Assembly: GCF_009914755.1 (NCBI RefSeq)
Contig: NC_060943.1
Strand: one strand, 5' to 3'
Origin: the human T2T-CHM13v2.0 reference genome, Homo sapiens
Length of the DNA stretch: 64,000 bases
The notes below the pieces were generated by a model. It was not told where the DNA came from. It ran no database searches and saw only the letters and a program-made list of their open reading frames with translations. This document shows, piece after piece, positions 46,463-62,900 of the stretch (positions within the stretch are counted from its first letter, which is position 1; each line of letters starts with the position of its first letter). A program made the position numbers and the translations under genes.

Positions 46463-47624
46463 AGAATGGATGGAGGAGTCACTGATCTCTTTCAGGTGGC
46501 CTGTTTCATGAGTCAGCCTCTCAGAGAGAAAGAGCCCTGGTCTGGGACACAGTGGAAGCTCATTCTCCTGTTGGCCCGGGGACATTGCCTCATTATGGAT
46601 CCTGGCAGGGGTGGCTACTCTGGCTGATTTTGGTGCATTTTTCATTTCCCAGAAGGCAGGACAGGCCTCAGTGTGAGCAGGAAGGAAATGGAACCATCAG
46701 TCTTGTTAGAGAGGATGTCTGGGGAAGTCCTCAGGGTGGAGGAAGCTGTGCAGGACAGGGTTCATCAGGTAGAATGAAAGGGGGATGCACTTTTTTCACT
46801 GAACACCTTTCAGATGTCTCACTAACTCTGGCCTCACTGGGCTCTGCCTTTCCTTCTGAGCCCTGAGCCCTGAGCTCTGAGCCCTGATTCCTGGGAGGGA
46901 GGGAGGGAGGAAGGGTGAAGCTGGGATGTGTGCTGTCCAGGTTTCTTCCATCTCTGGAATCTTGAAAGCGAGGGACCCTAATGTGTTACCACAGAGGAGA
47001 CCATGGGAAAAAGCTGTTTCTCAGGGGTGCCTGGCTTATGAATTGAGGGGAATTCAGACCAGGTTGGACTCGTGAACTGCAGGGACCCTGTTCCATGTCA
47101 GCAACCAGCTCCTCTAGCTCAGTGTTTCTCTCTGTGGCTAATTCTTTTGTGTGATTTCTGAGCCCATGCTAGAGTCCTCCTCACGATGCCTGATGGTCAG
47201 ACCTGTGTGGGGAGACCTAATGATGGGGTGGGGGTGGTCTTGTGTGTCACACAGAGTGTCCAGGGAACACACTTTGTGACTTTCTCTACCCCAGCCCCAC
47301 AACAAGATCTGGATAGTGGGCTTGGTCAGATAAAGTCAGAATCCATGGGGGAGGGTATGTGTCCTGGCAGTGCTGAGGTTCGTACCTCCAGCTTAGTTCT
47401 CAGTCTCTGCAAATACATTTATGTTGTGCATGTGCTGTTTTCTGGACTGTACTTCTTGAACCTGTCTGCAGATAATGTCATGAGAGATCTGCATGGAAGT
47501 ATATGAGGGCTATCAGATTAGGGTGGGTGTGTTTTACATAGTGGGTTTTTTTTTCACCAAACACTTTTCAAAAAATTGTGGTTGAGTGTGTATATAGAAA
47601 CACATACATACTTATATTTGTTAG

Positions 47625-47645
47625 ATGTGTATATACGTATATGTG

Positions 47646-47698
<53 letters not shown>

Positions 47699-47752
47699 AA
47701 TGTGCCATTTTAACCGCTTCACTTAAGGGGAGAGAGAGAGAGAGAGAAGAGA
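47625..47752. repeat. (TA)/(TG)n and (GA)n simple repeats
   Basis: Directly visible. Confidence 0.9.
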
Positions 47753-47889
47753 GTTTCTACTAATACCAAATCTGGGTTAAATAAGGGTGGTCCTATTTCC
47801 TGGGGTTGGCCCTCTTCCTTAATGGGCTGTATCTTGAGCACAGTGATTCAGTTGAAGAACAGAGACCAAATTAAAAGCTACATTGCTAA

Positions 47890-48566
47890 AGAAACAACAG
47901 GTGCTGGAGAAGATGTGGAGAAATAGGAACACTTTTACACTGTTGGTGGGATTGTAAACTAGTTCAACCATTGTGGAAGTCAGTGTGGCGATTCCTCAGG
48001 GATCTAGAACTAGAAATACCATTTGACCCAGCCATCCCATTACTGGGTATATAGCCAAAGGATTATAAATCAAGCTGCTATAAAGACACTTGCACACGTA
48101 TGTTTATTGTGGCAGTATTCACAATAACAAAGACTTGGAGGCAACCCAAATGTCCAACAATGATAGACTGGATTAAGAAAATGTGGCATATATACACCAT
48201 GGAACACTTATGCAGCCATAAAAAATGATGAGTTCATGTCCTTTGTAGGGACATGGATGAAGCTGGAAACCATTATTCTCAGCAAACTATCGCAAGGACA
48301 AAAAATCAAACACCACATGTTCTCACTCATAGGTGGGAGTTGAACGGTGAGAACACATGGACACAGGAAGGGGAACATTACACACCAGGGCCTGTTGTGG
48401 GGTGGGAGGAGGGGAAAGGGATAGCATTAGGAGATATACCTAATGTTAAATGACGGGTTAATGGGTGCAGCACACCAACATGGCACATGTATACGTATGT
48501 AACTAACCTGCACATTGCCTGCATGTACCCTAAAACTTAAAGTCTAATAAAAAATAAATAAATAAA
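47890..48566 (+). mobile_element. L1PA 3' end
   Basis: ORF2 end plus primate 3' UTR and A tail. Confidence 0.9.
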
Positions 48567-49436
48567 ACCCCATGGTGAATTTCTATTATTTTTGTGTTAC
48601 CTTGGCATCTTTTTAATCTTCCTTGAACATACCAAATTTTTTCTTGAAAAAGATTAAGTTCTCTCTCTCTCTCTTTGCTTTGAGATGTAAATGTGCTATG
48701 TGTTTTCTCTAAAACTCAGTAAAGCCTTCCTCAGGTAAGCGTTAACCTTTACCATTTACAAGAAAGCAATTTGAATCCAACTATCTTTTAAAATGGTGGG
48801 TTTTACCGATCTCATGCCTAAAGCCCTAAAATCAAAATTCTAAAATCTTTTTGTCTCTCTCTATCTTTATATGAACATACATAAGTTATATGTTTTATCA
48901 CATACATGTATATGTCACACATTTATATACTGTTGACACATAGTATCAAATTAATGTAAAAATAAATGAGTACTCAGAAATTAAGTGAATAAGCCCAAAT
49001 GCTTTTCTATACATGCGATTTTAGTAAACTTTGGTGAATATAGTTTTAAAATTGTTGGTAAAATAAAGTAAGAATGTCTTCATAATTTAATTTATACGTT
49101 TTTGCCTATGTCTGTTGGCAGGCAGGTTTATATTGTCTTTACTAGATGTTTTAAGGTCAGCAAACACTTGTTTCCATATATATACATTTTCTTAATTTGT
49201 CTGTGAGCTTATGTCTTTATATTTGAAGCTTTAAATTCTGAGTTCTAGATAAGTGACCATAGTAAGAACTGGGGACAAAACCCATCCCATCCTCCAGCTG
49301 TGCCTTTTAGCCATGCTGGGAGAGATGAGATTATCCAGGCATTTTCTTCATAGCTCTGTTCTTTGTCTTGGGCTTTGCATCTGGTACATAGTTAGAACGG
49401 TTTACTCCCTAGTTTTTTTTCTACTGAAAATAAGGC

Positions 49437-50250
49437 TGTTTAAGTCTGTTTTTACATTGCTACAGACAAATACATGAACCCGAATAATTTATAAAGAAAA
49501 AAGGTTGAATGGTCTCATGATTCAGCAGGTTGTAGAGTAAGCATGATTCTGACATCTGCTCAGCTTTTGAGGAGGCCTCAGAAAACTTACAATCACGGAG
49601 AAAGCCAATGGTGGAGGAAGACATCTTATATAATGGGAGCTGGAGGAAGAGAACAAGGGTTGCACACTGGTAAACAACCAGATAAAACTCACTGTTGCTA
49701 TAACAGCACCAAGGAAAATGGTATTAAAATATGAGAAAGCACCTCCATGATCCAATCACATCCAACCAGGCTCCACCTCCAACTTTGGAGATTACAATTT
49801 GACATGAGATTTGGGTGGGGATAAAGGTGCAAAAAAATATTATTCTCCCCATCGTCCCTCCCAAATCTCATGTCTTTCTCACATTGAATAATATAAGAAT
49901 GGCTTCCCAACAGTCTCTAGAGTCTTAACTCATTCCAGCATTAACTCAAAAGTCCGAAATAGCAAGTTTCATCTGAGACAAGGCAAGTTCCCTTTACCTA
50001 TGAGCCTGTAAATTCAAACACAAGTTAGTTACTTTCAAGACACAATGGAAGTATAGGCATTGGGTAAATACTCCCATTCCAAAGGGAAGAAATAGGCCAA
50101 AGGAAATAGGATACAGGTCCCATGAAAGTCTGAAACCTTGCAGCACAGTCTTTAAAACTTAAAGCTCCAAAATAATCTCCTTTGACCCCATATCTCATAT
50201 TCAGGGCACACTGATGTAAGGCTTAGGCTTCCAAGGTTCTGGGCATCACA
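49437..50250 (-). mobile_element. MaLR MST-type LTR plus adjacent internal sequence
   Basis: taatttataaagaaaa...ggaggcctcagaaaacttacaatc...gacatgagatttgggtggg, then int-type cccaaatctcatgtc. Confidence 0.78.
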
Positions 50251-50414
50251 GGAACATTCCAAGAGAGTCACAAAAGAATTTGTAGTGAGGCTTTTGATGC
50301 TAAAGAGCATATTAGACCGAGTAAGTCACTGAAGAAAAAAAAGTCAGAGGAGAAGATGGGTGAGGGTGACAGAAATGGAATGGTGAAAGGAAAGTTCTGA
50401 TAAAAATGTTTACC

Positions 50415-50710
50415 TGCTGGACATGGTGGCTCATGCCTGTAATCCCAGCACTTTGGGAGGCCGAGGTGTGCAGATCATGAGGTCAGGAGTTTGAGACCAG
50501 CCTGACCAACATGGTGAAACCCCATCTCTACTAAAAATACAAAAATTAGCCAGGCATGGTGGCATGGACCTGTAATCCCAGCTACTCAGGAGGCTGAAGG
50601 CAGGAGAATCACTTGAACTTGGGATGCGGAGGTTGCAGTGAGCTGAAATCGCAGCATTGCACTCCAGCCTGGGTGACACAGTGAGTCTCCATCACAAAAA
50701 GAAAAAAAAA
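50415..50710 (+). mobile_element. AluS-like
   Basis: Alu dimer; TSD-like tttacc. Confidence 0.88.
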
Positions 50711-53704
50711 CTTTACCCAAGGGCTCATCTGGTACCTTGCTCTGTGACTAATATCTTACACATTTTGATTTACTCTTCCACTTTCATTTTCTGATGCGCA
50801 AAGGGTCACCCTTCTGCTGAAGATGAGAAAAGAGGCTGAGGGAGCTCAAATGAGTGGTCTAGAGTCATCCAGCTACTTCATAGAGCTTGTGTGTTTCACC
50901 TTGACATTTGTGCACAGACAGAAAAGTGAGACAAAGAAGGAAGGCAAAGCAAGTTTTTGTTGTGGGTGACATTTATGAAAGTTACCTGTGTTGGCAGAAT
51001 AACGGACTCCTAAAATGTTTGCAACCTAGCTCTAGAACCTGTGCATTTACTTTTCTTTGTAAAAACACGGTGCAGGGGTGATAAAATTAAAATCGTAAGA
51101 TGTGGACGTTGTTCTAGATTATCTGGGTGGGCCCATTGTAATCAGAAGTGTCCTTGTAAGTGACAAAGAAAAGCAGGGGCATCAGTCTGAGAATGATGAG
51201 CCTGTGAAACTCCACTGGCCAATGCTGGGTGTGAGCATGCATCAAAAGACAAAATTACAACTAATGTAGTTATAGATTTTATTTTTTGTTTATTATTTGA
51301 GGCAGCTCTTACTCTACAAATATAGTGATAGCACTTCCTGGGCTATACAATAACAAAACAGTGGGTTTTGTCAAGTGGGAACTGGTAAACAAAGCCATAT
51401 AAATAAATAAATCAGTTAACATTAGGGTACTTCAGGTCGCTTTTCTGTAAAAGTTAAAGCAGAGGAAACTTTTATTATGCTGTCTCAGGTAGAGTGGAAT
51501 CTCCTGTTTTCAACAAAAAACAAAGGTCTGTTCTGGTATCTCTTTGCTTCATTAAAATTTCAGTTGTAGACTGTAGCATTTAGCATGAGTGGTTCTATTT
51601 TGGAGTCTCTAGGCTCTCACTTAGGTGGGAGTGTGACCAAAATTTAAAGCATTGGCATTCATCTCAGTAACCATCATATTGGGCTTCCATCGTTTATAGG
51701 TTTATGATGTCTTCCTGATCACACATTTCTTTGAGTTTTTGTCATTTCAGCCAAAGAGAGACCCTTTGGTATTTGTAGATGGCTGCACACAAAACTTTTT
51801 AAAAACTTTTGTAGAATTCACCACACCAAAATGTAGAATTAAAAAACCTGTAGAATTTATCACACCAGAGATGCTACTAGTATGACTATTGGAAGGATAA
51901 CACCAAAAGTTTGGAGTATGCACTTTAGGCAAGATGCAAACCAACTAAAATAGAATAGATCAAAGAATGAGCCAGAAGAGTCTAGCAATTTTAACCAAGT
52001 AGTATGTTTGGTAACTTCTGTGATTGAGTCATTATTATACTCAATATATTTGTTTATGTGCAACAGTTGGTGTCAGAATCTGCACAGGCTCCTCCCTGTT
52101 CAGCTGGTAGGGAACAATTTTATTATGTAGCATTCGACGGCTCATTAAATTAAAACAGGGAATGAGAACAATGAGTCTGAAAATGTAACTTTAAAAGCGC
52201 CACTGTACATTTGAACAAACAATTGTGTTAAATATGCTGCTAATGTCAGCCGTTGGGTGGACTAAATGATATCTTATGTAAAAATTTGAGGGTGACATGA
52301 TATATCTGTCACTCTATTACGCTGCTCTCAGAAACTACTTCATGTGAAATTCTGATGATACCATCATCCTGCCAAGTGAAAGAGGCAGGCATAAGCATGG
52401 ACAAATTAAGAGGGGTAAGAGCCTGATTTTGATGTGGAAACGTGTTCTGACAACTTGAGAAAAGCTTTTCACAGTGTGAAGTTGTCAACTTCTTATCCTG
52501 GTTTTCAACTTGAGTGTCTGTAGTTATGGTGTCAAACATATTGGTGAGCTCTGAGTGACTCATACTTCAGATACGAGGGTTTTCCCGTGAAATTTACCTT
52601 GAGCTTTCCACCTCCAGCTTATAAGGCTTCAGGAACAGAGCAGATTTTATTCTTACTGATTCAATAAGAGAAAACTGGATGGGAGGAACTAGAAGAATTC
52701 AGGGTCTAGTCCAGACTACCGGTGAAAAATAAAAACTCAAAAACAATAAACAGAGCAGCAATTTCATAGCAGGTATACTACACTTTTTATTTTCAACATT
52801 ATTTTGCTCTCTATAGGCATATCTATTTTTACCAAAGATAAACCCAGTAGGACAAATTTGTTTACAAAGTAGGTTTAGTCTTACCAAGCTTTGCCAGGAT
52901 TCTTTACATAAGTGCATCAAGAGTAGCAATGGACCACAGAGGCTCTTCCTAAAGTTTGCTTCGCTAGAAATTTTTATAAGTAGTCTCAGATTAAATTTTT
53001 ACAAACCTCTGGAGACGAGGAAGCCAAATGTAGGCCATCTTCAGACTTTGCCTGCAGTACATATGTGTCCATTCTATGTATATTCTCAAATATAACTTCT
53101 CAGTCAAACCTTGGTAATATAACCAATGTTTTGAAACGTGTCCTTTTATAAAGAGAGAAGACTCTTACTAAACTTGTGCAAATAACTGTATTAGCATAAA
53201 CATATGAATACTCATGAATAGTTTCCCAATCCTGGGACAGTTAGGTAAAGAGCAAAAATAAATGGGCTTCAATTATTGCTTCCAAAAGTATACTTTACCA
53301 AATTGCTTTAGATATAGCTAGCTTAAAAGAAGGAAAATTCCATAAATCTGGAAAAAATCATTTAAAGAATCAGCAAATTTTCAAATAAAAATTATAAAAA
53401 CATTATCCACTTTATCATTTATTTCAAGGAAATTATTTTTGTTCTGCTTGGTCTAGGTTGGCATATTTCATGAAGGCATCAACCTGTTTGTTAAAGTTTT
53501 GGAAGTCTATAGACAGTTCAGTGATATAATCTTGAACTGCTCAGAAACTTGTATGCAAGAGTACTTGTCAGCATCTTTTCCATAAATCTTTTGAAATAGA
53601 AGCAATTTTGAACTGTAGCTGATTGCAGATGCTTTCAGGAAGAATCAAAACAACTATCTGTGAATGACCATCATGTAAAATGACTATTGTTAAAACTCTG
53701 ATAA

Positions 53705-55231
<1,527 letters not shown>

Positions 55232-55412
55232 AAAACTCTGATAAGAGTTTGGTATAATAAAGAGAGTAACTCCAGCCAGTACTCCAGTCATGATGCTGGC
55301 AGTGGCCCCAACTGAGAGACCAAAAGAACTTTCTTGTCCTGAAGCAGCTGTCATGGAAAAAAAAAGAGGAGAAGGAATAAATAATAAAGACAGCAAGGGT
55401 TTTAGCCAATTA

Positions 55413-55700
<288 letters not shown>

Positions 55701-56889
55701 GTTTCATGCTTTTTATAATAAGAATCAACTCTTTATGTAATAATAAATAAATAAACAGAAATTATTTGCTTTAGATGTAGCATATGTAGATTTAGATTGT
55801 CCAGAGTCAGGAGCTAAGCCTCATATTTTTTTTTTTTGTTTTAGCTCAGTGTAGAGTGCATTGAAGGTGTTGTAAAAATAATTCCATATAGTAAGCCAAC
55901 TTTAAACCCTGCTCACAGCCAGATCTGCCAAGTATGAGCCAGGTAAAATTACCAAAAACGGTGGTTCTGACTGACTCCTTAACAATAACGTGGCTTACAA
56001 ACAAAGACTGATATGAAATAGTTGATCCAACCCAAACACTTTGCTCATTTCCCAAAATTTTCTATACAAATATATACAACTTACCACAACATAAAGATCA
56101 TAATGAAAGATTTGCCTTTTATTCCTTTAAATGACCATATGTTCAGATCTGATGTACTGACAGCAATAATTCTCCATTAAGCAGAAAACTAATAAAATTT
56201 GAAAAATAGTGATTTTATATTTAGATGATACTCAGATCTTCTGCTACATATGTGGAAAATGGAATTATTGCTAGAAACATTGTTTAAAGATTAGGGTATG
56301 AAAGGAGTATTAGGAAGTCAGGTGGTTCTTTCCTTAGGAAGCAGCTTATCTGGATTCATTCAAAGAGCTTTAGGTGAGTTTGAGGTCTTTCTGCAAAATG
56401 TAAATTGCTATCTGAGAAACCATATATAGTCCAATGATGAAAGAATGCAAAGCCTTAGAAGCACCGGAGACAATTCCAGTATCTTCCCTAAAGTTCTGAC
56501 AAAAAGGAAAATAACTATCAAATTATTCAACTCGAATGCTTATTATGTATGTATAAGTCAGTCGTCAGATGAAGAGAGGCTGGAAATATGACTTCTACCC
56601 CTAGGGAACTCACAGTCTTGTGGGGGCCACTAGGGGTGGTGGTGTGACCTGCCTGGAGCAGGGCTAAGTATGGACTTGTGAGTCAAGGGCTATCAAAACC
56701 TAAGTGAACTGATGGCCGTTCAGAGAAGGTAGAGTTCCATTCCACAGTTTGCAAGAAGGACAATTTCATGGAGGAGGCCACGTTGGACTAGACCTTTAAA
56801 AGTTGGTAGAATTTAAAAGCAAGGATATGGAAGCAGGAAGAGTGAAAGTGAGCAGAGGTACAGGAGTGAGGCAAGGGTGAGCAGTGTTA

Positions 56890-58100
56890 ATTTTTTAATG
56901 GTGGTATTATAAAACACACATCAAAATTTGCCATATTATTATTATTATTATTTTGGAGACAGTGTCTGGCTCTGTTGCCCAGGCTGGAGTGCAGTAGCTC
57001 AATCATGGCTCACTGTAGCCTCCACCTCCTGGGCTCAAGCAATCCTCGTACCTCAGCCTCCTGAGTAGCTGGGACCACAAACATATACCACCACGCCCAA
57101 CTAATTTTTATATTTTTGGGAGTGACAAGATCTTCCTATGTTGCCCAGGCTGGTCTCGAACTCCTGGACTCAAATAATCCTCCTGCCTTAACCCCAAAGT
57201 GCTGGGACTACAGGTATGAGCCACTGCACCTGACCCCATCTTAAAAATTTTTAAGTGCACAGTTGAGAAATACATTTGCATTGTGCAACCATCAGCGCCA
57301 CCCATATTCAGAGAGTATTTTTAATCTTGTAACAGGGAAAATTCATATCCATGAAACACTAACTCCTCATTCTTCCTCCTCCCCACCCCAGGTAACAACT
57401 ATTTCAGTGTCTCTATGATTTTGACTGCTCTAGGGACTTACATAAATGAGATCATACACTGTGTATCTTTTTGTGACTGGCTTATTTCACTTAGCATAAT
57501 GTCCTCAAGGTTCATCCATGTTGTAATATATGTGAGAATTTTTTTCCTTTTGAAGGCTGAATAATATTTCATTGTATGGATAGACCACATTTTGTTTATC
57601 CATTCATCTATCCATGGACACTTGGGTTGCCTTCACTTTTTGGCTACTGTAAATAGTGCTGCTATAAACATGGAGGTACCAATATCTGTTGGGGTCTCTG
57701 TTTTCAATTATTTTGAGTTTATGCCCAGGAGTGGAATGGCCAAGTCATGCAGTACCTCTAATTTTAGTTTTCTGAGGAACCACCATAATGTTTTTCACAG
57801 TGGCTGCACCATTTTAATTCTTATGAATAGGGCACAAGGGTTCCAATTTTTCCACAGTCTCATTAACACTTATTATTTTCTGGGATTTTTGCTTTGCGTT
57901 TGAGAGTAGCCATTTAAATTGGCATAAGGTATAATTTCATTGTGGTTTACATTTTCATTTCCTTAATGATTAGTGATATTGATCAATATTTTCTATGCTT
58001 GCTGGCCATTTGTATATCTTCTTTGGAGAAATGTTTATGCAGGTCATCTGCTTATTTTTTTAAATTGGGTTGATTTTTTTTTTTTGCTGTTGTTTAGGTA
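56890..58100 (-). mobile_element. L1M fragment with AluJ at about 56935-57237
   Basis: Antisense L1 3' motifs; Alu with (att)n tail. Confidence 0.78.
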
Positions 58101-58531
58101 GAGAAAGCAATCTTTGGATACCAGTGATGTTTCACTAATTCTGGGCCATTGATTTCACAAGTTGTATGAGGTATTAGTATGTGAGTTTGGTTTCAATCAT
58201 GGCTGAGGTTGAATGCCTTTTCCAAAATTCAGTGTGAATTTCACCAGAAGCCACAAAGGGTCCAGGAGCAAGAACATGGTGTGACTGCTCTGTGCTAAAG
58301 AATTTCAGCCTGATGACAGTGAGCAGGCTACACATGAGACTGACACAAGAACAGGTGGAGAGGGAGACTTTCCACTGGAAGAAGGTGATTCTAACATGCA
58401 GAATCACCTTCAAGGAGCAAGTAAGCAGAAAAATAGACAATGGCACAGTGGCCAGGCAAGAAGACACTAGGTCCAGAATCTGAGGTTCAAATCCTGGCTC
58501 TGTGAGATAAAAACATGCCTTGGTTTCCCCA

Positions 58532-58969
58532 TGCTACTGAAACACCAGGGGTTGGGTCTAGGTCCCATTGCTCACTGCACAGAAAGCCAACCACTGAGAC
58601 AATGAGCATTGCCAGGGAAGAAGGCTTTATTTGGGTGCTGCAGCCAAGGAGGTGGGAGATCAGTCTTAAATTCATCTCTCCAGCCCACTCAAATTGGAGG
58701 GTTTATATAGCTGGGAAGGGAGGTAACTACTAGCAGGGAAAACAGCAATTAAGGAGGGGTAAGGAAGCAATCATGATAAATGAGGAGTCTGGTGTCTCAT
58801 TGTCTGATAGTGATGTGGTGAGTTTCAGTCTCTTGCCTGAAGGTCGGTTTCCTAACTCAGATGACTGACAAATGTTAAGTTTCAAGTTATAAGACCGGAT
58901 GGGTCAATTTCTATGTTTATTCAAAAACCCTGTAAATATCAGTTCTATGTGGAACTTGAGCTGGTTTCC
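58532..58969 (-). mobile_element. Solo MER66-like LTR
   Basis: Matches recalled MER66B consensus; flanked by ccca on both sides. Confidence 0.7.
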
Positions 58970-59059
58970 CCCCAGTTATCACAGTTAGGGTTAAATGATG
59001 CAATATAAGTAAAACACCAGCAGTTTCTGACACACACACACAGAGTGTGTGTCATTTTT

Positions 59060-59974
59060 TTATTACACTTTTTATTACACTTTTCATTCTGGGATACATT
59101 TGCAGAACCTGCAGGTTTGTTACATAGGTATACAAGTGCCATGGTGTTTTGCTGCACCCATTAACCCATCATGTACATTAGGTATTTCTCCTAATGCTGT
59201 CCCTCCCCTAGTCCCCCACCCCTCAACAGGCCCCAGTGTGTGATGTTCCCCTCCCTGTGCCCATGTGTTCTCATTGTTCAACTCCCACTTATGAGTGAGA
59301 ACATGCAGTGTTTGGTTTTCTGTTCCTGTGTTAGTTTGCTGAGAATGATGGTTTCCAGCTTCATTCATGTCCCTGCAAAGGACATGAACTCATCCTTTTT
59401 TATGGCTGCATTGAATTCCATGGTGTATATGTACCACATTTTCTTTATTCAGTCTATCATTGATAGGCATTTGGGTTGGTTCCAAGTCTTTGCTATTGTG
59501 AATAGTGCTGCAATAAACATATGTGTGTGTGTCTTTATAGTAGAATGATCTATAATCTTTGGGTATATACCCAGTAATGGGATCACTGGGTCAAATGATA
59601 TTTCTTGTTCTAGATCCTTGAGGAATCGCCACACTGTCTTTCACAATGGTTGAATTAATTTACATTCCCACCAACAGTGTAAAAGCATTCCTATTTCTCC
59701 ACATCATCTCCAGCATCTGTTGTTTCCTGACCTTTTAATGTTCACCATTCTAACTAGCATGAGACGGTATGTCATTGTGGTTTTCATTTGCATTTCTCTA
59801 ATGACCAGTGATGATGAGCTTTTTTTTGTATGTTTGTTGGTCACAAAAATGTCCTATTTTGAGAAGTGTCTGTTCATGTGCTTCACCCACTTTTTGATGG
59901 GCTTTTTTTTTCTTGTAAATTTGTTTAAGTTTCTTGTAGATTTTGGATATTAGCCTTTTGTCAGATGGATAGAT
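59060..59974 (-). mobile_element. L1PA 3' end, duplicated copy of 2590-3515
   Basis: Same truncation junction gatggatagatt|aaaccttgc. Confidence 0.9.
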
Positions 59975-62900
59975 TAAACCTTGCAAGCTGAAACTCAATG
60001 ACTTATGTAAACTTCTGGAGAAATCATAGCAACTTATATATAAACAACCTTTGTGGCTGCTGATGTGTGGACTATACAAAAGGTACACATGAACACTGGA
60101 TTCAGACTGCAATTCAGAGAAATGTGTCAGATTGCCATTGCAATTAGAAGATACTTCACAAACTCTGGAAAACCTAGTCTATAGGGTTAGAACGATGTTT
60201 GCCAAACGAATTGCTCTAATTGAAGCAGCAGTTGTGTGACTTTAATAAGGTTCCAGGATTATACTGTCCCTTTTTTGCTGTGACTTCCCTTTGCCCTTTT
60301 CTGATTTGTCTTCATCCCCTTTTCCATGCATGACTTCTTAAGAATGAGCCTTCCTAGTGATGTAGGATCAGATGAAACTTACAGTCACAAAGTCATGTCT
60401 TCTACAATGCTTTCTCTGAAAGCTTTTGAAGAATTGGGGGGCCAGGTGTGCTGGCAGAGGCCTGTAATCCCAGCACTTTGAGACTCTAAGGCAGGAGGAT
60501 CACTTGAAACCAGGAGTTTAAGACCAGCCTGAGCAAGAAAGGGAGACCACGTCTCTACAAAACATAAAATAAATCAAATTAGCCAGGTGCAGTTGTGCAT
60601 GCCTATAGTCTCAGATACTTGGGAGGCTAAGGCTGGAGGACCGCTTCAGCCCAGGAGTTCAAGGCTGTAGTGAGTACACTCCAGTCTGCGTGAGTGAGCA
60701 AGGTTGTGTCTCTAAAAGAAAAAAAAAAAAAGGAAAGGAAAAGAACGGGGTAAACAGGAAAGCCAAAGATCTCGGGCATCTCCAGATGATTGTCTGAACA
60801 AATTGTTTTTTCTTGGCTTCAAAACCTTTCAAGATGTATATTTCTTTGTAAAAGAAAGACATGCCAATTGTAACTTTAAGTGAGCAATCAAAATCTAGGT
60901 CCTAAAACTGAAGTATTTTAACTCTCATTCTGATAATATTTATTTTCTGAGGCAAAGAAGAAAGACAACGTTAGATCAATTGTTTCTCTGCCCACTCCAT
61001 CTCTTCCAACCTGCCTTCTCCCCTTTAATCAAATGTATAAATACTAAGCCTCCTGAAACGTCTTCAGAGAAAACACAAGCCACAGAGGTTTTTTGCAACT
61101 CATATATTCCCAGGGTGCACTGTCAGGCTCTGGCTCAATAAAACTCAATTGGTCAAGACCCTTGCCTCAGTCAATCATTCTGGATAACCACCATGAGTCC
61201 TGCAAAGCCCTTCAGTAATCTATTGCCTGCTTAGGTGATGTGTACCTAGATGAGTCAGATCTTCATGAGTCCAACACTCGTCTTCCTTTTCTGTCTTTCC
61301 CAACCCTACCACTCAGTGCTGTGTGCTCTGATCTGACCCCAGCTCCCAGGTTGTTTGTATTGGTCTAAGAAAGCAAGACCAGGAGGGGCAGGTTGAGAAG
61401 GAAGTAAGAGGCCAACTGCCAGGGAAAGTGGCAGGTAGGGCTGTCATTGCTCAACGCCACACACACTGGGTCCATTTTGTGAAATTTTCTGGATTCATAA
61501 TCTTTTCCCTGTGTGTCTATCAAGAATCTCACCCTCCTCCAACTTTCTTCTCATTACACTTTCTGTTTCTAGTGCACTCGTTTATGTCCAGAGAATGGCC
61601 ATGCAAATAGTTGACAATAGAATAAAAAATGACGATTTGTCAGACTTAGAAGCTGGCCTTTCTTTTTTCCAAAAGAGATTGAGGTTTCTAAAAGCTGGCT
61701 TTTATGCAGGGCTGTGCAGTTGTGAGTGTAGTTTTAGGGAACAGGTGCATAAGTGAAGGGTGAGACAGAAAACAAAATTCTGGCTATTTGTCAAATCCTG
61801 AAAGTGAATGGGACAAAAATCATTTTTGAAGGAGGATGTCATTCAGGAGACCTTGTAAATCTTAGAGTGTCCTCTTACCAGATGAAGTGGAGGATGAGGT
61901 TGAATTATGGAGTTAGGTGACAGTGGGTACATACTTCTCTGCCTCAGTTTTTTTTTTAATCTGTAAAAATGGGGATTGTGGTACTTGGGATTTTTTGGTG
62001 AGGACTGTAGTTTCCTGGAAAGCTCTCAGGATAGTACCTGGTACATAGTGAGTGCTGCATCAGTGTGAGCTATTATAATTATGGGAATAGACAAAGGTGC
62101 CACCCTGGCCATCCAGAGTGGGGAGGTATTTTCCAGTCAGGGTCCAGGCAGGCCAGCTGTAGATGAAGCTGATTAGTGGGGAAGCTTAACTTCCAGGAGT
62201 GGAAGAATTTAGGAGGAGTAAACAGAATGCACAACATTCTGCAAACATTCCTTTACCCAACAGTAGGAATACTCAGAGTTGGCGTGGATTCCGTGGCAAT
62301 CATTATCTCCTGGGAATCTAAGAATGTGTCCTAGAGTCAAATGGCTTTGATGTAAGCCAAACCCAGAAATGGGCTTCAGGGCTGCCTTGCACATAGCATT
62401 CATTCATCTTGAAAAAGGAAAGCATTCATCTTGCTAAAGGAATCCCCTCTTCTGGCCCAGGCCATTATTTTTGTTTTTGTACTCTCCTAATTTTTAAGGT
62501 GTAAGGAGAAAGACCGAAGAATAAAATAATGGAGTACATGTATGAAATGACAGGGTAGAATTGAGACTGCTACATGTAAGTTAAGAGAAATTGTGTATAA
62601 ATTTTGTGTGAGCATAAGAAGGATTTCTTGTTGCAAACAGACCTCTCCATATAAATAATACCCATTGCCTTTAGTGGATAGCAGACCGCATCAGAAGAAC
62701 ATTCCAACAGAGTCATGAGACAATGGGTAGTGTGGCTTCTTTAATTGGCAGGTTAGACTGAGTAAGTTACTGAAGAGAAAGGAGTTGAAGGAGAAGATGG
62801 GTGAGGGCAAGAAAAATGGGAAGGTGAAAGGAAAGGACTGAAAGGAATGTTTACCAAGGGCTCATCAGGTACCAGGCTCTGTGACTAATGTCTTACACAT

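Noticed and set aside
47870-48590. Possible TSD around the L1PA fragment
   Set aside because: Flanks do not match convincingly.
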